Shown here in pieces: positions 18,517-28,282 of a stretch of 64,000 nucleotides of DNA. Positions within the stretch are counted from its first letter, which is position 1. Each line of letters starts with the position of its first letter. The stretch spans positions 577,061 to 641,060 of the forward strand of contig PNMM01000002.1 of assembly GCA_013823625.1 (NCBI GenBank). The letters are read 5' to 3'. The translations under genes were made by a program, and so were the position numbers. The DNA comes from Microbacterium sp. (lineage in GTDB: Bacteria > Actinomycetota > Actinomycetes > Actinomycetales > Microbacteriaceae). Below the pieces are notes generated by a model. That model saw only the letters and a program-made list of their open reading frames with translations. It did not search any database and was not told the origin of the DNA.

Positions 18517-19873
18517 TGACGGGCCTTTCTTTCGGAAGCTCGTAGAGCACCTTACGTTGGCGCAGCACCAGGGCGGTGCCGAGCGTCAGGGGGCCGAGTC
18601 GGCCCAGGAACATGAGAATCATCAGAATGATCTGCCCGGCCGGGGGCAGGCTCGCGGTGATCCCTGTGCTGAGGCCCACGGTCGCGAAGGCCGAGATCAC
18701 CTCGAAGAGCAACACATCGAGATCGAGGTGCGTCATCATCAACAGCGCGATCGTGGCGCTCATGACGGCGGCCATCGAGAGCAGCGTGATCGTGATGGCC
18801 TCGCGGTGCACGGCACGCGACAGTCGCTTGCCGAAGATGTTGACGGCGCCCTCACCGCGCAGCTCGGTGATGATGATGAAGAGCAGAACCGCGAACGTCG
18901 TGACCTTGATGCCGCCGGCCGTGCCGGCGGGCCCGCCGCCGATGAACATCAGAACATCGATGCCCAACAGCGTCTCGGGTTCGAGTTGCCCGATGTCAAC
19001 CGAATTGAAGCCAGCCGTGCGGGCCTGCACCGAGTGGAAGAACGAGACGAGCACGCGATCGATCGGCGTCATCTCGCCGATCGTTGCGCCGTTGTTCCAC
19101 TCGAAGAGGGCAATCATCACGGTGCCGAGCACGAGCAGCAGAGCGGTCATCGCGAGCACGAGGTTGGTGTTCATCGTCCAGTGCAACGGGCGACGAAGTT
19201 CGCGCCGCAACTGCAGCAACACCGGAAAACCGAGGCCCCCGAGAATCGTGGCAATGCACATCGGCAACACGATGATCGGATCGGTGGCGAAGCCGATCAT
19301 GTTGTCGCTGAACGGGGCAAAGCCCGCGTTGTTGAACGAGGAGATGGCGAGAAACACGCCGCGGCCAAACGCGGTGGGTAGCTCGACGCCATACGAGAGC
19401 CAGAACTGCAGCGTGAGAATCATCGCGACGATCGCTTCGATCACGAGCGAGGTCAGCAAGATGCCTCGAGCGAGTCTCGACGCATCGCCCGAGGTCACGC
19501 CCCGGTTCTCGGTGCCCGCGATCATGCGCCCGCGCAGTGAGATCTTGCGCAGCAACGCGAGGCCGATGAGCGAGGCCACGAGCATGATGCCGAGGCCGCC
19601 GATCTGAATGAAGGCGACGATGACGGCGTGCCCGAAGGGCGACCACACGGTTGCGGTGTCGACGACGATGTGTCCTGTCACGCAGACGGCTGACACCGCC
19701 GTGAAGGCCGCCTCGAGAAAGGTCACCTCGACGCCCGGTGCGTGCGCGATGGGCAGCGACAGCAAGAGAGTGCACACGACGATAGCCGCGAAGAAGGCGA
19801 TGACGACCGCTTGCGGCGGGCTCAACCGGAACTGTTTCTGCGAGCGTCTCTGGGGCGCCCTCGTAAGAGGCAC
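18509..19873 (-). CDS. trkH: Potassium transporter TrkH/KtrB family
   Basis: 454 aa, polytopic, with repeated selectivity-filter-like GLG/GFN motifs (IQIGGLGIM, SFNNAGF, RTAGFNS, ATVGLSTG). Confidence 0.85.
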   Translation of the reverse strand: MPLTRAPQRRSQKQFRLSPPQAVVIAFFAAIVVCTLLLSLPIAHAPGVEVTFLEAAFTAVSAVCVTGHIVVDTATVWSPFGHAVIVAFIQIGGLGIMLVASLIGLALLRKISLRGRMIAGTENRGVTSGDASRLARGILLTSLVIEAIVAMILTLQFWLSYGVELPTAFGRGVFLAISSFNNAGFAPFSDNMIGFATDPIIVLPMCIATILGGLGFPVLLQLRRELRRPLHWTMNTNLVLAMTALLLVLGTVMIALFEWNNGATIGEMTPIDRVLVSFFHSVQARTAGFNSVDIGQLEPETLLGIDVLMFIGGGPAGTAGGIKVTTFAVLLFIIITELRGEGAVNIFGKRLSRAVHREAITITLLSMAAVMSATIALLMMTHLDLDVLLFEVISAFATVGLSTGITASLPPAGQIILMILMFLGRLGPLTLGTALVLRQRKVLYELPKERPVIG

Positions 19874-20045
19874 CAGCAGACTCTAGTCTTTTGCGCGCTG
19901 TACGCAAGTTGTCGGCGCGTGTCATCGCGACCCGGTCGACGTTCGCACTCGCGTTGCTCCGGGGCGACGTCGGGGCGGCTGTTAGCGTGGGGCAACTCGT
20001 CGTGCGGCCCAGACGCCTGCGAGCATCCCGTCTCGAAAGGCCGTC

Positions 20046-21284
20046 GTGACCACTTCCCCCGGCACTCGCCCGTCGCTGTCGGCGTGGCGCATCGCCGTCT
20101 TCGTGGTCTTCGCGATCAACGGTCTGGCCATGGCGACCTGGTTCGCACGCACGCCCGCGGTGCGGGATGCCCTCGACGTGCGCACCGACGAGTTCGGGTT
20201 CCTCATTATGGGAATGGCCGGCGGTTCGATCATCGGCCTCTTGGCGTCATCGCACATCATCGCTCGCATCGGTTCGCGAATGACGATTCTTGTTGCGCTG
20301 CTCTCAAGCCTCGTTGCGCTGGCCGTCATGGGCCTTGGGGCCGAAACCCTGCAGAACTTCGGGGTCACCTTTGTGGCGCTCGCCTTCTTCGGGGCGGCCA
20401 ACGGCATCACCGACGTCGCCCAGAATGTCGAAGGGGCCGGGGTCGAGCAAGCGCAGGGGCGCAGCATCATGCCGTGGTTCCACGCCTCGTGGAGCATCGG
20501 CACGATCACGGGGGCGGGCATTTCCGCCGGCGCCAGCGCGCTCGGTATTGGCGTCGATGTGCACGCGACGGTCATGGCAATCGTGCTCGGCGTCGCAACG
20601 CTCATTGTCGTGCGCTACCTGCCGAAGAACCGCGCGCTTCCCGGACTCGACGATGATGGCGACGGGCCGGGACAGTCGACCTTCGGCGAGCGCATGGGCA
20701 TTTGGCGCGAGCCGCGCACCCTCTTGATCGGGCTCATCGTTCTCGGCATGGCCTTTGCCGAGGGCTCCGCGAACGACTGGCTCGCTCTCGCGATCGTCGA
20801 CGACCGCGGGGCCGACGAAGCCACTGGCGCTCTGTCATTCACGCTCTTCGCGATCGCGATGACAGTCGGCCGCATCGGCGGCGTGTGGGTACTCGACCGC
20901 TTCGGTCGCGTGCCCGTGCTGCGGGCGTCGGCGGTGCTCGCCATGGCCGGTCTCGCCTTGCTCATCACGGTCGACTCTCCCGTGGCGGCGGCAATCGGCA
21001 TTATCGCCTGGGGCCTCGGGGCCTCGCTTGGATTCCCCGTGGGCATGTCGGCCGCCGCTGACGACCCGGCGAAAGCCGCGGCACGCGTGTCGGCCGTGGC
21101 CACGGTCGGCTACTTCGCCTTCCTCGTCGGGCCACCCCTCATCGGGTTCCTCGGCGAGGCCGTGGGCTTGTTGACCTCGTTCTGGGTCGTGCTCGTGCTC
21201 ATCGGGGTTGCCTTCTTCGCGACGCCCGCAGCGCGCGAGACGGGCGCTGCCGCAAACGCCTCCGCTCGGGATGCTCGCCCCTAG
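20046..21284 (+). CDS. MFS transporter
   Basis: 412 aa with a GTG start and 12 hydrophobic segments. Confidence 0.75.
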   Translation: MTTSPGTRPSLSAWRIAVFVVFAINGLAMATWFARTPAVRDALDVRTDEFGFLIMGMAGGSIIGLLASSHIIARIGSRMTILVALLSSLVALAVMGLGAETLQNFGVTFVALAFFGAANGITDVAQNVEGAGVEQAQGRSIMPWFHASWSIGTITGAGISAGASALGIGVDVHATVMAIVLGVATLIVVRYLPKNRALPGLDDDGDGPGQSTFGERMGIWREPRTLLIGLIVLGMAFAEGSANDWLALAIVDDRGADEATGALSFTLFAIAMTVGRIGGVWVLDRFGRVPVLRASAVLAMAGLALLITVDSPVAAAIGIIAWGLGASLGFPVGMSAAADDPAKAAARVSAVATVGYFAFLVGPPLIGFLGEAVGLLTSFWVVLVLIGVAFFATPAARETGAAANASARDARP

Positions 21285-21293
21285 GCTCGGCCC

Positions 21294-22115
21294 ATGACCA
21301 GCCCCGCCTCCGCACGCCCCGCTCTCCCGCTCGACCTCGACCTGACAGGTCGCGCGGCTCTCGTCACCGGGTGCGGATCGGCCACGGGCATCGGCTTCGC
21401 CACCGCTCGCGCACTCGCCGAGCGCGGAGCTCGCGTCGTCATGACCGCCACGACCTCGCGCATCGACGAGCGCGTGGCCGAGTTGCAGTCACTGGGGTTC
21501 GAGGCGCACGGGGTGGTCGCGCGGCTCGAGACTGAGCAAGGCGCGGCGCAGGCCGTGGCGGATGCGGTCGAAGCGGTGGGCGTGCTGAGCATCCTCGTCA
21601 ACAACGCCGGCATGGTCGCGACGGGCGAAGAGTTTCCGCGCGGTGACATTGAGATGAGCGTGGATGAGTGGCGCAGTGCCGTCGACGTCAACCTCACGAG
21701 CGTTTTCCTGGTGACGCGGGCCGTGGTCGCCGGAATGCGGGCGCAGGGCTGGGGGCGCGTCATCACTGTCGCCTCGACGACCGGAGCCGTGCAGGCCGCG
21801 CGCGACGACCTCGGCTACGCCACCGCGAAGGCCGGAGTGCTGGGCTTCACGCGCGGCCTCGCGATTGACGAGGCTCGCGCAGGCATCACGGTCAACGCGG
21901 TCGCCCCGGGCTGGATCGCGACCGGGTCACAACTGCCGCAAGAGGCAGAAGAGGGCGAGCTCGTGCCGCTCGGCCGCAGTGGCCGACCCGACGAGATCGC
22001 GAGCGCGATCGCGTGGCTCGCTTCGCCGGGTGCGAGCTACATCACCGGCCAGTTGCTCGTCGTCGACGGTGGCAACGCGACGGCGGAGGAGCGCCGCCCC
22101 GGCCTCTGGGCCTAG
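21294..22115 (+). CDS. Short-chain dehydrogenase/reductase (FabG-like)
   Basis: Has TGCGSATGIGFA (TGxxxGxG), NNAG and YATAK (YxxxK). Confidence 0.85.
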   Translation: MTSPASARPALPLDLDLTGRAALVTGCGSATGIGFATARALAERGARVVMTATTSRIDERVAELQSLGFEAHGVVARLETEQGAAQAVADAVEAVGVLSILVNNAGMVATGEEFPRGDIEMSVDEWRSAVDVNLTSVFLVTRAVVAGMRAQGWGRVITVASTTGAVQAARDDLGYATAKAGVLGFTRGLAIDEARAGITVNAVAPGWIATGSQLPQEAEEGELVPLGRSGRPDEIASAIAWLASPGASYITGQLLVVDGGNATAEERRPGLWA

Positions 22116-22627
22116 TCCTCGGCCGCTTGCCCGTTGGCCAATTGGGGATGAGCTCGCGCAGCGGCGAGTAATTCGGTGATGAGCGCAGCCTTGCCCTCGA
22201 GATACGCATCCCGATCAGTGTCTAACAGGGGCGCGAGTTCGAGCTTGAGTTCTCCGTATCGGGCCGCATCGATTGGATGCTCGCGCAGCCGGTTCCTGAG
22301 GTCCACGTGATCTCGATGAGGCAGACTGCCCTCGACGACGAGGTAGAGGTGGTGGGGCGGCAGCCCCCGAAGGGCGTCGAACGCCTCCCGCCCATCGATC
22401 CCCTGGTTGCCTCGGTGCCGCCACCCAGCGATGGCCAGCGCATCGATCGCCGGCGCCACTTCTCGCTTCGTCTGCACCACAACATCCACGTCGATGATCG
22501 GCTTGGCGACCAATCCCGGTACCGCCGTACTGCCGACGTGCTCGACGACGAGCCCCGGCGGAATCGCTGCCCGAATCTGTTCGAACCACTCGGCCCACCG
22601 CTCGTCGTACTCAACGACACCACCCAT
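22112..22627 (-). CDS. GrpB-family (UPF0157) nucleotidyltransferase-fold protein
   Basis: ORF 22112-22663, trimmed to ATG 22627 (MGGVVEYDERWAEWF...). VEHVGSTAVPGLVAKPIIDVDVVV is the GrpB signature. Its stop shares a CTAG with the SDR stop. Confidence 0.7.
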   Translation of the reverse strand: MGGVVEYDERWAEWFEQIRAAIPPGLVVEHVGSTAVPGLVAKPIIDVDVVVQTKREVAPAIDALAIAGWRHRGNQGIDGREAFDALRGLPPHHLYLVVEGSLPHRDHVDLRNRLREHPIDAARYGELKLELAPLLDTDRDAYLEGKAALITELLAAARAHPQLANGQAAED

Positions 22628-22633
22628 CCCTCG

Positions 22634-22643
22634 ACCATAGACT
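22634..22643. promoter_or_regulatory. Overlapping back-to-back -10-like hexamers for leaderless grpB-like and nucS transcripts
   Basis: Plus strand: TAGACT (22638-22643), 6 nt, then ATG 22650. Minus strand: TATGGT (22639-22634), 6 nt, then ATG 22627. There is no room for an RBS on either side. Confidence 0.35.
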
Positions 22644-22649
22644 CGCGGG

Positions 22650-23345
22650 ATGCGCCTCGTCATTGCCCGTTGCTCCGTCGACTACGCGGGCCGGCTCAGT
22701 GCGCACCTTCCGCTCGCGACGCGCTTGCTCATCCACAAGAGCGACGGCAGCCTGCTCGTGCACGCTGACGCGCTCAGCTACAAGCCGCTCAACTGGATGA
22801 GCCCGCCGTGCACGCTCGTCATCGACGAGCCCGACGACGACCAGCGCGAGGCCGGTGTGCTCGAGCTGTGGCGGGTCACCCACGCGAAGACCGCCGACTT
22901 GCTGGTCGTGAGCATCCACGAGGTGCTGCACGACTCGGCGCACGAGCTTGGGGTTGACCCCGGCCTGCAGAAAGACGGCGTCGAAGCGCACCTCCAGAAG
23001 CTGCTCGCCGAGCACATCGAGCTGTTGGGCGAGGGCTTCTCGCTCGTGCGCCGCGAGTACATGACGGCGATCGGGCCGGTTGACATTCTGGCGCGCGACG
23101 CGCGCGGAGCATCCGTCGCCGTCGAGATCAAACGCCGGGGCGGCATCGACGGCGTCGAGCAATTGACGCGCTACCTCGAGCTCATGAATCGCGACCCACT
23201 GCTTGCTCCTGTGGCGGGGGTCTTCGCGGCGCAAGAGATCACGCCGCAGGCGAAGACACTCGCCGAAGACCGCGGAATTCGCTGCCTGCTGCTCGACTAC
23301 GACGCGATGCGCGGGCTCGACGACGGCGTGCCCCGGCTGTTCTAG
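22650..23345 (+). CDS. nucS: Endonuclease NucS (EndoMS, mismatch-specific)
   Basis: 231 aa. The N-terminus [21 protein letters not shown] and the C-terminal RecB-like motif VDILARD...VAVEIKRRG are characteristic of actinobacterial NucS. Confidence 0.9.
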   Translation: MRLVIARCSVDYAGRLSAHLPLATRLLIHKSDGSLLVHADALSYKPLNWMSPPCTLVIDEPDDDQREAGVLELWRVTHAKTADLLVVSIHEVLHDSAHELGVDPGLQKDGVEAHLQKLLAEHIELLGEGFSLVRREYMTAIGPVDILARDARGASVAVEIKRRGGIDGVEQLTRYLELMNRDPLLAPVAGVFAAQEITPQAKTLAEDRGIRCLLLDYDAMRGLDDGVPRLF

Positions 23346-23480
23346 AGGCTCGGCCTGCGAAGCGCGCCCCCTGTTTTGGGGTGCGTCGATTCGCACTGAA
23401 TTGCCTGATGAGGGTTATGTGCGCTCAGGTTTAGTGGGTACCCTTCAGGTCTGCCATACCCAATGGGAGCCCGACCCACC

Positions 23481-25796
23481 ATGCAGACCACCTACCCGAA
23501 TCTTCGTCGTGCCGTCATGTCGGCGGCCCTCGTCAGCGCTAGCGCCCTGGCGCTCGTCGGCGTGCCTTCGGCCCCGTCGAGCGCTGTACAGACCCCCGCC
23601 GCATGCGCAAACGTCGCCCTTATCAACGGGTCTTTCGAGACGCCCACGCTGGCTGCCAACACCTGGACCAACTTTGACGAGTCCGTGGTTCCGGGGTGGG
23701 AGACCAGCGCGACCGACAACCGACTTGAGTTTTGGCGCGCTCCGTTCCAGGGAGTGCCCGTGCCGGCCGGTTCGCAATTCGCTGAAATCAACGCGAACCA
23801 GCGCTCGAAACTCTTCCAAGACTTTGCAACAACCCCCGGCGAAACGATTCGCTGGCAACTGCAGCACCGTGGCCGCACCGGTGTCGACGTCGCAGAGGTT
23901 CGCATCGGCGACGCCGCGTCCCCCGCGCTCGCCCTGCAGTCGACGCTGTCGACCGGCCTGACGTGGACGACCTATTCCGGTCTCTACACAGTGCCTGCGG
24001 GCCAGACCACCACGCGTCTCTCGCTTGACTCCATTAGTAGCGCCAACGGCAACCCGACCTACGGCAACTTTGTCGACGCCATCTCGGTCACCTCAGGCGC
24101 GTGTGTCGTGACGACGAAGAGCGTCACCTTCCCGTCGGGCGGCTCGACCGTGCGCCTCGGCGACACGGTGCAGTACTCCATCGTTGCCACCAACCAGGGC
24201 GCGAGCCCGGCAACCCTGAGCTCGCTCGTCGATGTGCTTCCGGCCGGGGTATCCCTCGTGCCCGGCTCGATCACCGTCACCAACGGCGCGGTGACGACCG
24301 CATTGAGCAACGCCGTCGGCGATGACGCGGGCGAGTTCGACGGCGGAACAAACGCCGTTCGCGTGCGCGTTGGCGCCGGAGCGACGAGCTCGGCGGGTGG
24401 GTCGCTCGCGGTCGGAGCATCCGCCACCGTGGCCTTCAGCGTGGTCGTTAACTCGATCACCGCACTGCCCTCGATCAACAACACCGCCACCGTGTCGTTC
24501 ACCGACTCGCTCTCGAGCCTCGCGAAGACCTCGACCTCGAACACGACGTCGACGACCATCACTCCGGATGCTCCGGCCCTGTCAATCGTGACCACGGGCT
24601 CGGTGGCTCCGGTCGAGAACCAGACCGCCGCCAACGTGGGTGACGACATCACCTGGAGCTACGTCGTGACCAATACCGGTGACGTGCCCGTGACGGGTGT
24701 CACCGTGAACGACCCCGAGGGCGGAACGGTCACGTGTGTGCCCACCACCCTCGCGGTCGGCGAAAACGCAACCTGCACCGGCACGGCCACGCACACCGTC
24801 GTGCTCTCCGACCTCGGCGTCGGCTCTGTCTCGAACGGCGCCACCGCGAGCGGCACTCCGCCGTTCGGTGCCTCGGCGATCACTTCGGCCGAATCGATTG
24901 CGACGATCACCACGGTCGCCGTTATGCCGGGCCTCTCTGTCGTGACATCGGGCACCGTCACCCCTGCCGACAACCAATCCGCAGCCGACGTGAGCAACAC
25001 CATTGCGTGGAGCTACGAGGTCACCAACACCGGCAACGTGCCTCTGACCGACGTGACCATCAACGACCCCGAGGGCGGCACGATCACGTGTGTGCCGACG
25101 ACACTCGAGGTCGGCGAGAGCGGCACGTGCACCGGCGACGCGACCCACATCGTCACGTACGGTGACGTGGCCACCGGAAGCGTGTCGAATGGCGCAACCG
25201 CAACCGCGACGCCTCCCTTCGGCGGAGCGCCCGTCACCGCGACTGAATCGGTCGCGACGATCGCAACGGTTGCCCTTGCCCCGGCGATCAGTGTCATTGT
25301 CGACCACCACAACCTCACGGTGCCCGGCACGACCGATCCCGCTCAAGCCGGCGACCAGATTCGAGCTCGCTTCGTCGTCACCAACACCGGCAACTCGCGA
25401 CTCACGGGCGTGCACATCGTCGACCCCGTCTTCGGTTCGGTCACGTGTGTCGATAACGCGCTCGAACCGGGCGACTCGACCGTGTGCGAAGCCGATGCGC
25501 TCTATACGGTGACCGCCCACGACGCGACGACGGGGATCATCTCGCGCACCATCACGGCAGCCGGCCTCGCTGACGTCGGCGTCGCGAGCACCTCGGTGTC
25601 TGACGAGCAGCTGGTCGACCTCGATGTGGCGTTCGACCTGCCGACACTGCCGCTGCCGGGCGACTTCGACCTCGCGGCGACGGGTGCGAACATCGTTGCC
25701 CCCGCCTCGCTCGCATTCGCTCTTCTGGCGCTGGGCCTCGGCGCGGTCACGGTTGCGCACATTCGCCGCACGCGCTCGGCGTCGCGCGCACGCTAG
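23481..25796 (+). CDS. Cell-wall-anchored surface protein with LAATG sorting signal, N-terminal DUF642-like jelly-roll, one DUF11-like domain and three about 115-aa Ig-like repeats
   Basis: ORF 23463-25796. ATG 23481 has a GGGAG RBS (23463 is an alternative start). Signal peptide is followed by NGSFE...GW...GNFVDAISV. The C-terminus is LAATG, a hydrophobic helix, then RRTRSASRAR. Confidence 0.8.
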   Translation: MQTTYPNLRRAVMSAALVSASALALVGVPSAPSSAVQTPAACANVALINGSFETPTLAANTWTNFDESVVPGWETSATDNRLEFWRAPFQGVPVPAGSQFAEINANQRSKLFQDFATTPGETIRWQLQHRGRTGVDVAEVRIGDAASPALALQSTLSTGLTWTTYSGLYTVPAGQTTTRLSLDSISSANGNPTYGNFVDAISVTSGACVVTTKSVTFPSGGSTVRLGDTVQYSIVATNQGASPATLSSLVDVLPAGVSLVPGSITVTNGAVTTALSNAVGDDAGEFDGGTNAVRVRVGAGATSSAGGSLAVGASATVAFSVVVNSITALPSINNTATVSFTDSLSSLAKTSTSNTTSTTITPDAPALSIVTTGSVAPVENQTAANVGDDITWSYVVTNTGDVPVTGVTVNDPEGGTVTCVPTTLAVGENATCTGTATHTVVLSDLGVGSVSNGATASGTPPFGASAITSAESIATITTVAVMPGLSVVTSGTVTPADNQSAADVSNTIAWSYEVTNTGNVPLTDVTINDPEGGTITCVPTTLEVGESGTCTGDATHIVTYGDVATGSVSNGATATATPPFGGAPVTATESVATIATVALAPAISVIVDHHNLTVPGTTDPAQAGDQIRARFVVTNTGNSRLTGVHIVDPVFGSVTCVDNALEPGDSTVCEADALYTVTAHDATTGIISRTITAAGLADVGVASTSVSDEQLVDLDVAFDLPTLPLPGDFDLAATGANIVAPASLAFALLALGLGAVTVAHIRRTRSASRAR
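24576..25607 (+). repeat. Three tandem, in-frame domain repeats of about 340-355 nt (third copy diverged)
   Basis: aa 372-484 and 485-602 align residue by residue (SxVTxGxVxPxxNQxAAxV...W.Y.VTNTGxVPxTxVTxNDPEGGTxTCVPTTLxVGExxTCTG.ATH.V...D...GSVSNGATA..TPPFG). aa 603-715 keeps the VTNTGN...V.DP..GSVTC core. Confidence 0.8.
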
Positions 25797-25854
25797 ACCA
25801 CTGTCACCGCCCGCTGCTCAGCAGGCTCCGACCGTCACGCCCTACGCTCACACC

Positions 25855-26508
25855 GTGCACCCTTACACCGCGATCTTGCTCGACCTCGATGGCACGGTGA
25901 CCGATTCGGCGCCCGGCATTACCGACACGCTCGCGTACACCTTTGAGGCTCTCGGGCGGCCCGTTCCGCCGCACGACGAGCTGCTGAAGTATGTCGGCCC
26001 GCCGATCCTCGACTCGTTTCGCGACCGTGCCGGCATGACCCTGGCCGAGCGCGAACGTGCCCTCGAGGTCTATCGGGAGCGCTACCTCGACCGTGGGGCT
26101 TACGACGCCACCCTCTACCCGGGAATGGGAGAGTTGGTGCGCGATATCGCTGCGGCGGGCATCCCGCTCAGCCTCGCGACCTCGAAGCCCGAACTGCCCG
26201 CCACGCTCATGCTCGAGCACTTCACGATCGCCCAGCACTTCGACATCATCACGGGCGCTTCGGCCGACGAAGTGCGCAGCGCGAAGGCCGATGTGGTTGC
26301 CGAAGCTCTCGTGCGATTGCGGGCGATGGATGCTGACCTCACGCGCCCCGTCATGATCGGTGACCGCGTTCACGACGTTGAAGGTGCCGCGGCCCACGGT
26401 ATTCCGACCATCGCCGTGTCGTGGGGTTACGGCGAACCCGCGGAGTTTGCGCACGCTCGAGCCGTCGCCCACGATGTGCACGAGTTGCGCGCCCTGCTCG
26501 GCGTGTAG
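25855..26508 (+). CDS. HAD-IA family hydrolase (phosphoglycolate-phosphatase-like)
   Basis: ORF 25624-26508, trimmed to GTG 25855. Has the DLDGT motif I (ILLDLDGTVTDS), TSK motif II and GDRVHD motif IV. Confidence 0.8.
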   Translation: MHPYTAILLDLDGTVTDSAPGITDTLAYTFEALGRPVPPHDELLKYVGPPILDSFRDRAGMTLAERERALEVYRERYLDRGAYDATLYPGMGELVRDIAAAGIPLSLATSKPELPATLMLEHFTIAQHFDIITGASADEVRSAKADVVAEALVRLRAMDADLTRPVMIGDRVHDVEGAAAHGIPTIAVSWGYGEPAEFAHARAVAHDVHELRALLGV

Positions 26509-26579
26509 GCCCACCGCGCAGCGGGAGTATCGTCAGTCTGCTACCTCGTTCACCGCCGAACAGCCCCAGGAGGACCCTC

Positions 26580-28280
26580 GTGCCTGCCACGATCGCCGAG
26601 TTCGAACCGTCGTTGCGCGCCCTGCGTCAGGGCGCCGAACGATGGGTGCGCATGTCGATCAGTGAGCGTCGCGCACTGTTGGGTGCCGTGCGCGCGTCAA
26701 CTCTCGCGGCAGCGCCCGCGTGGGTGGAGGCCGCGTGCGCTTACAAGGGCATTGACCCCCGCAGCCCGGCGGCGGGCGAAGAGTGGTCGAGCGGACCCTA
26801 CTCGGTCATTACGGCCACCAGTGCGATCGAGAAGACCCTCAAGCTTGTCGAGAAGGGCCGCTCGCCCATCGACGAGGTCGAGCTCGGCACCGCGCCCGGC
26901 GGCCGCACGACGCTCAAGATTTTTCCGTACCTGCCGAAAGACATCGTGCTGCAGGGCTACGAAGCGCGGCTGTGGTTGCGACCGGGCGTCACGCTCGACG
27001 AGGCACGGCGGGGCGTGGCTCGCGCCCTGCGCGACCCGAATCGCGCGCCCCGCGTAACCCTCGTGCTCGGCGCCGGCAACATCACGGGTATTCCTGCGCT
27101 CGACGTGCTGACGGTGCTCTATGGCGAGGCCTCGGCCGTCATGGTCAAGTTCAACCCGGTCAACGCGTCGCTGGCCGAAGCCATGAAGCAGGCGTTCGCT
27201 CCCCTGGTCGAGCTCGGCGTCGTGAGCTTTGTCGAGGGCGGGCCCGAAGTGGGCGCTGCCCTGATTCACCACGAATCGATTGACGCCGTGCACATGACGG
27301 GCAGCCGGCACACGCACGACGCCATCGTGTGGGGAACCGATGTCGACGCCGAGAAGCGTCGAAAAGCGGGCACTCCGCTTCTGAGCAAACCCCTCACGAG
27401 CGAACTCGGAGGCGTCGGCCCGGCGATCGTCGTGCCCGAAGACGGCTGGACGAGCGAGAACGTCACCGATGTCGCTCGCAACATCGCCACCCAGCGCTTG
27501 CACAACAGCGGCTTCAATTGCGTCGCGACGCAGATCGTCGTGATCCCTGCCGCATGGCAACGCGCCGATGAGTTCGTCGAGGCGCTGCGCCAGCACCTCA
27601 TCGCCGCGCCTGAGCGCCCCGCGTACTACCCGGGCGCATCCAGTCGCCAACTGGCCGTCGTGACGATGCACCCCGACGCGGCTGTGCTCGGGGGCGACCC
27701 CAACGCGCCGCGCACCCTCGTTGATCACCTCGATTCTGAGAAGGCCGACGAACATCTGTTTACGGTCGAAGCGTTCGGCCCGACTCTCGGCATCGTGCGG
27801 CTGCCCGGCACGCGCGAACCCGGTGGCTATCTGGATGCTGCGGTCGCGTTCGTGAACGAGCGCCTGGCCGGCACGCTCAGCGCGGGCATCCACATCCACC
27901 CCCGCACGCGTGACGCGCTCGGCGACCACTTCGACCACGCCGTTGCTGAGCTGCGCTACGGCACTGTCGGGGTCAACGCGTGGACAGGCACGATCTTCGG
28001 CATGCCCGGCGGCAGTTGGGGAGCTTTTCCGGGTCACACGCTCGCCGAGATCGGCAGTGGCATTGGCATTGTGCACAACGCCCTGCTGCTCGACCCCGCG
28101 CACGTCGAGCGCACGGTGGGCTCGGGAGTCTGGAAGCCCTCGCCGACTCCGCTCTGGTACATCGACAACACCACCGCGCACGTGACCGCCCGGCGACTCA
28201 CGCGCTTTGCGGGCATCGACTCCTGGGTCATCGCGGCGCCGATCGGTGCCGCCGCCATCGCGAGTTACCAGAAGGGCTGA
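26580..28280 (+). CDS. Aldehyde dehydrogenase family protein
   Basis: ORF 26421-28280, trimmed to GTG 26580 (RBS CAGGAGGA). LGAGNITGIP, ELGGVGPAIV and the FNCVA catalytic-Cys region are present. Confidence 0.8.
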   Translation: MPATIAEFEPSLRALRQGAERWVRMSISERRALLGAVRASTLAAAPAWVEAACAYKGIDPRSPAAGEEWSSGPYSVITATSAIEKTLKLVEKGRSPIDEVELGTAPGGRTTLKIFPYLPKDIVLQGYEARLWLRPGVTLDEARRGVARALRDPNRAPRVTLVLGAGNITGIPALDVLTVLYGEASAVMVKFNPVNASLAEAMKQAFAPLVELGVVSFVEGGPEVGAALIHHESIDAVHMTGSRHTHDAIVWGTDVDAEKRRKAGTPLLSKPLTSELGGVGPAIVVPEDGWTSENVTDVARNIATQRLHNSGFNCVATQIVVIPAAWQRADEFVEALRQHLIAAPERPAYYPGASSRQLAVVTMHPDAAVLGGDPNAPRTLVDHLDSEKADEHLFTVEAFGPTLGIVRLPGTREPGGYLDAAVAFVNERLAGTLSAGIHIHPRTRDALGDHFDHAVAELRYGTVGVNAWTGTIFGMPGGSWGAFPGHTLAEIGSGIGIVHNALLLDPAHVERTVGSGVWKPSPTPLWYIDNTTAHVTARRLTRFAGIDSWVIAAPIGAAAIASYQKG

Positions 28281-28282
28281 TC

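Noticed and set aside
19874-20045. Cyclic-di-AMP (ydaO/kimA-type) riboswitch upstream of trkH
   Set aside because: I could not find the conserved pseudo-twofold ACGGGGA/CCCGA-type cores by eye on the minus strand. Only a covariance-model search (Rfam RF00379) could settle it, so no call is made.
22112-22115. Shared CTAG providing the stop codons of both the SDR (plus) and GrpB (minus) genes
   Set aside because: The overlap is real but trivial. Palindromic CTAG overlaps of convergent stops are common in compact high-GC genomes and imply nothing functional.
24576-25607. Possible CRISPR-like or mobile repeat array
   Set aside because: The repeats are ~350 nt, contiguous and in frame within one CDS, and encode homologous protein domains. 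There is no short repeat/spacer structure and no cas genes.
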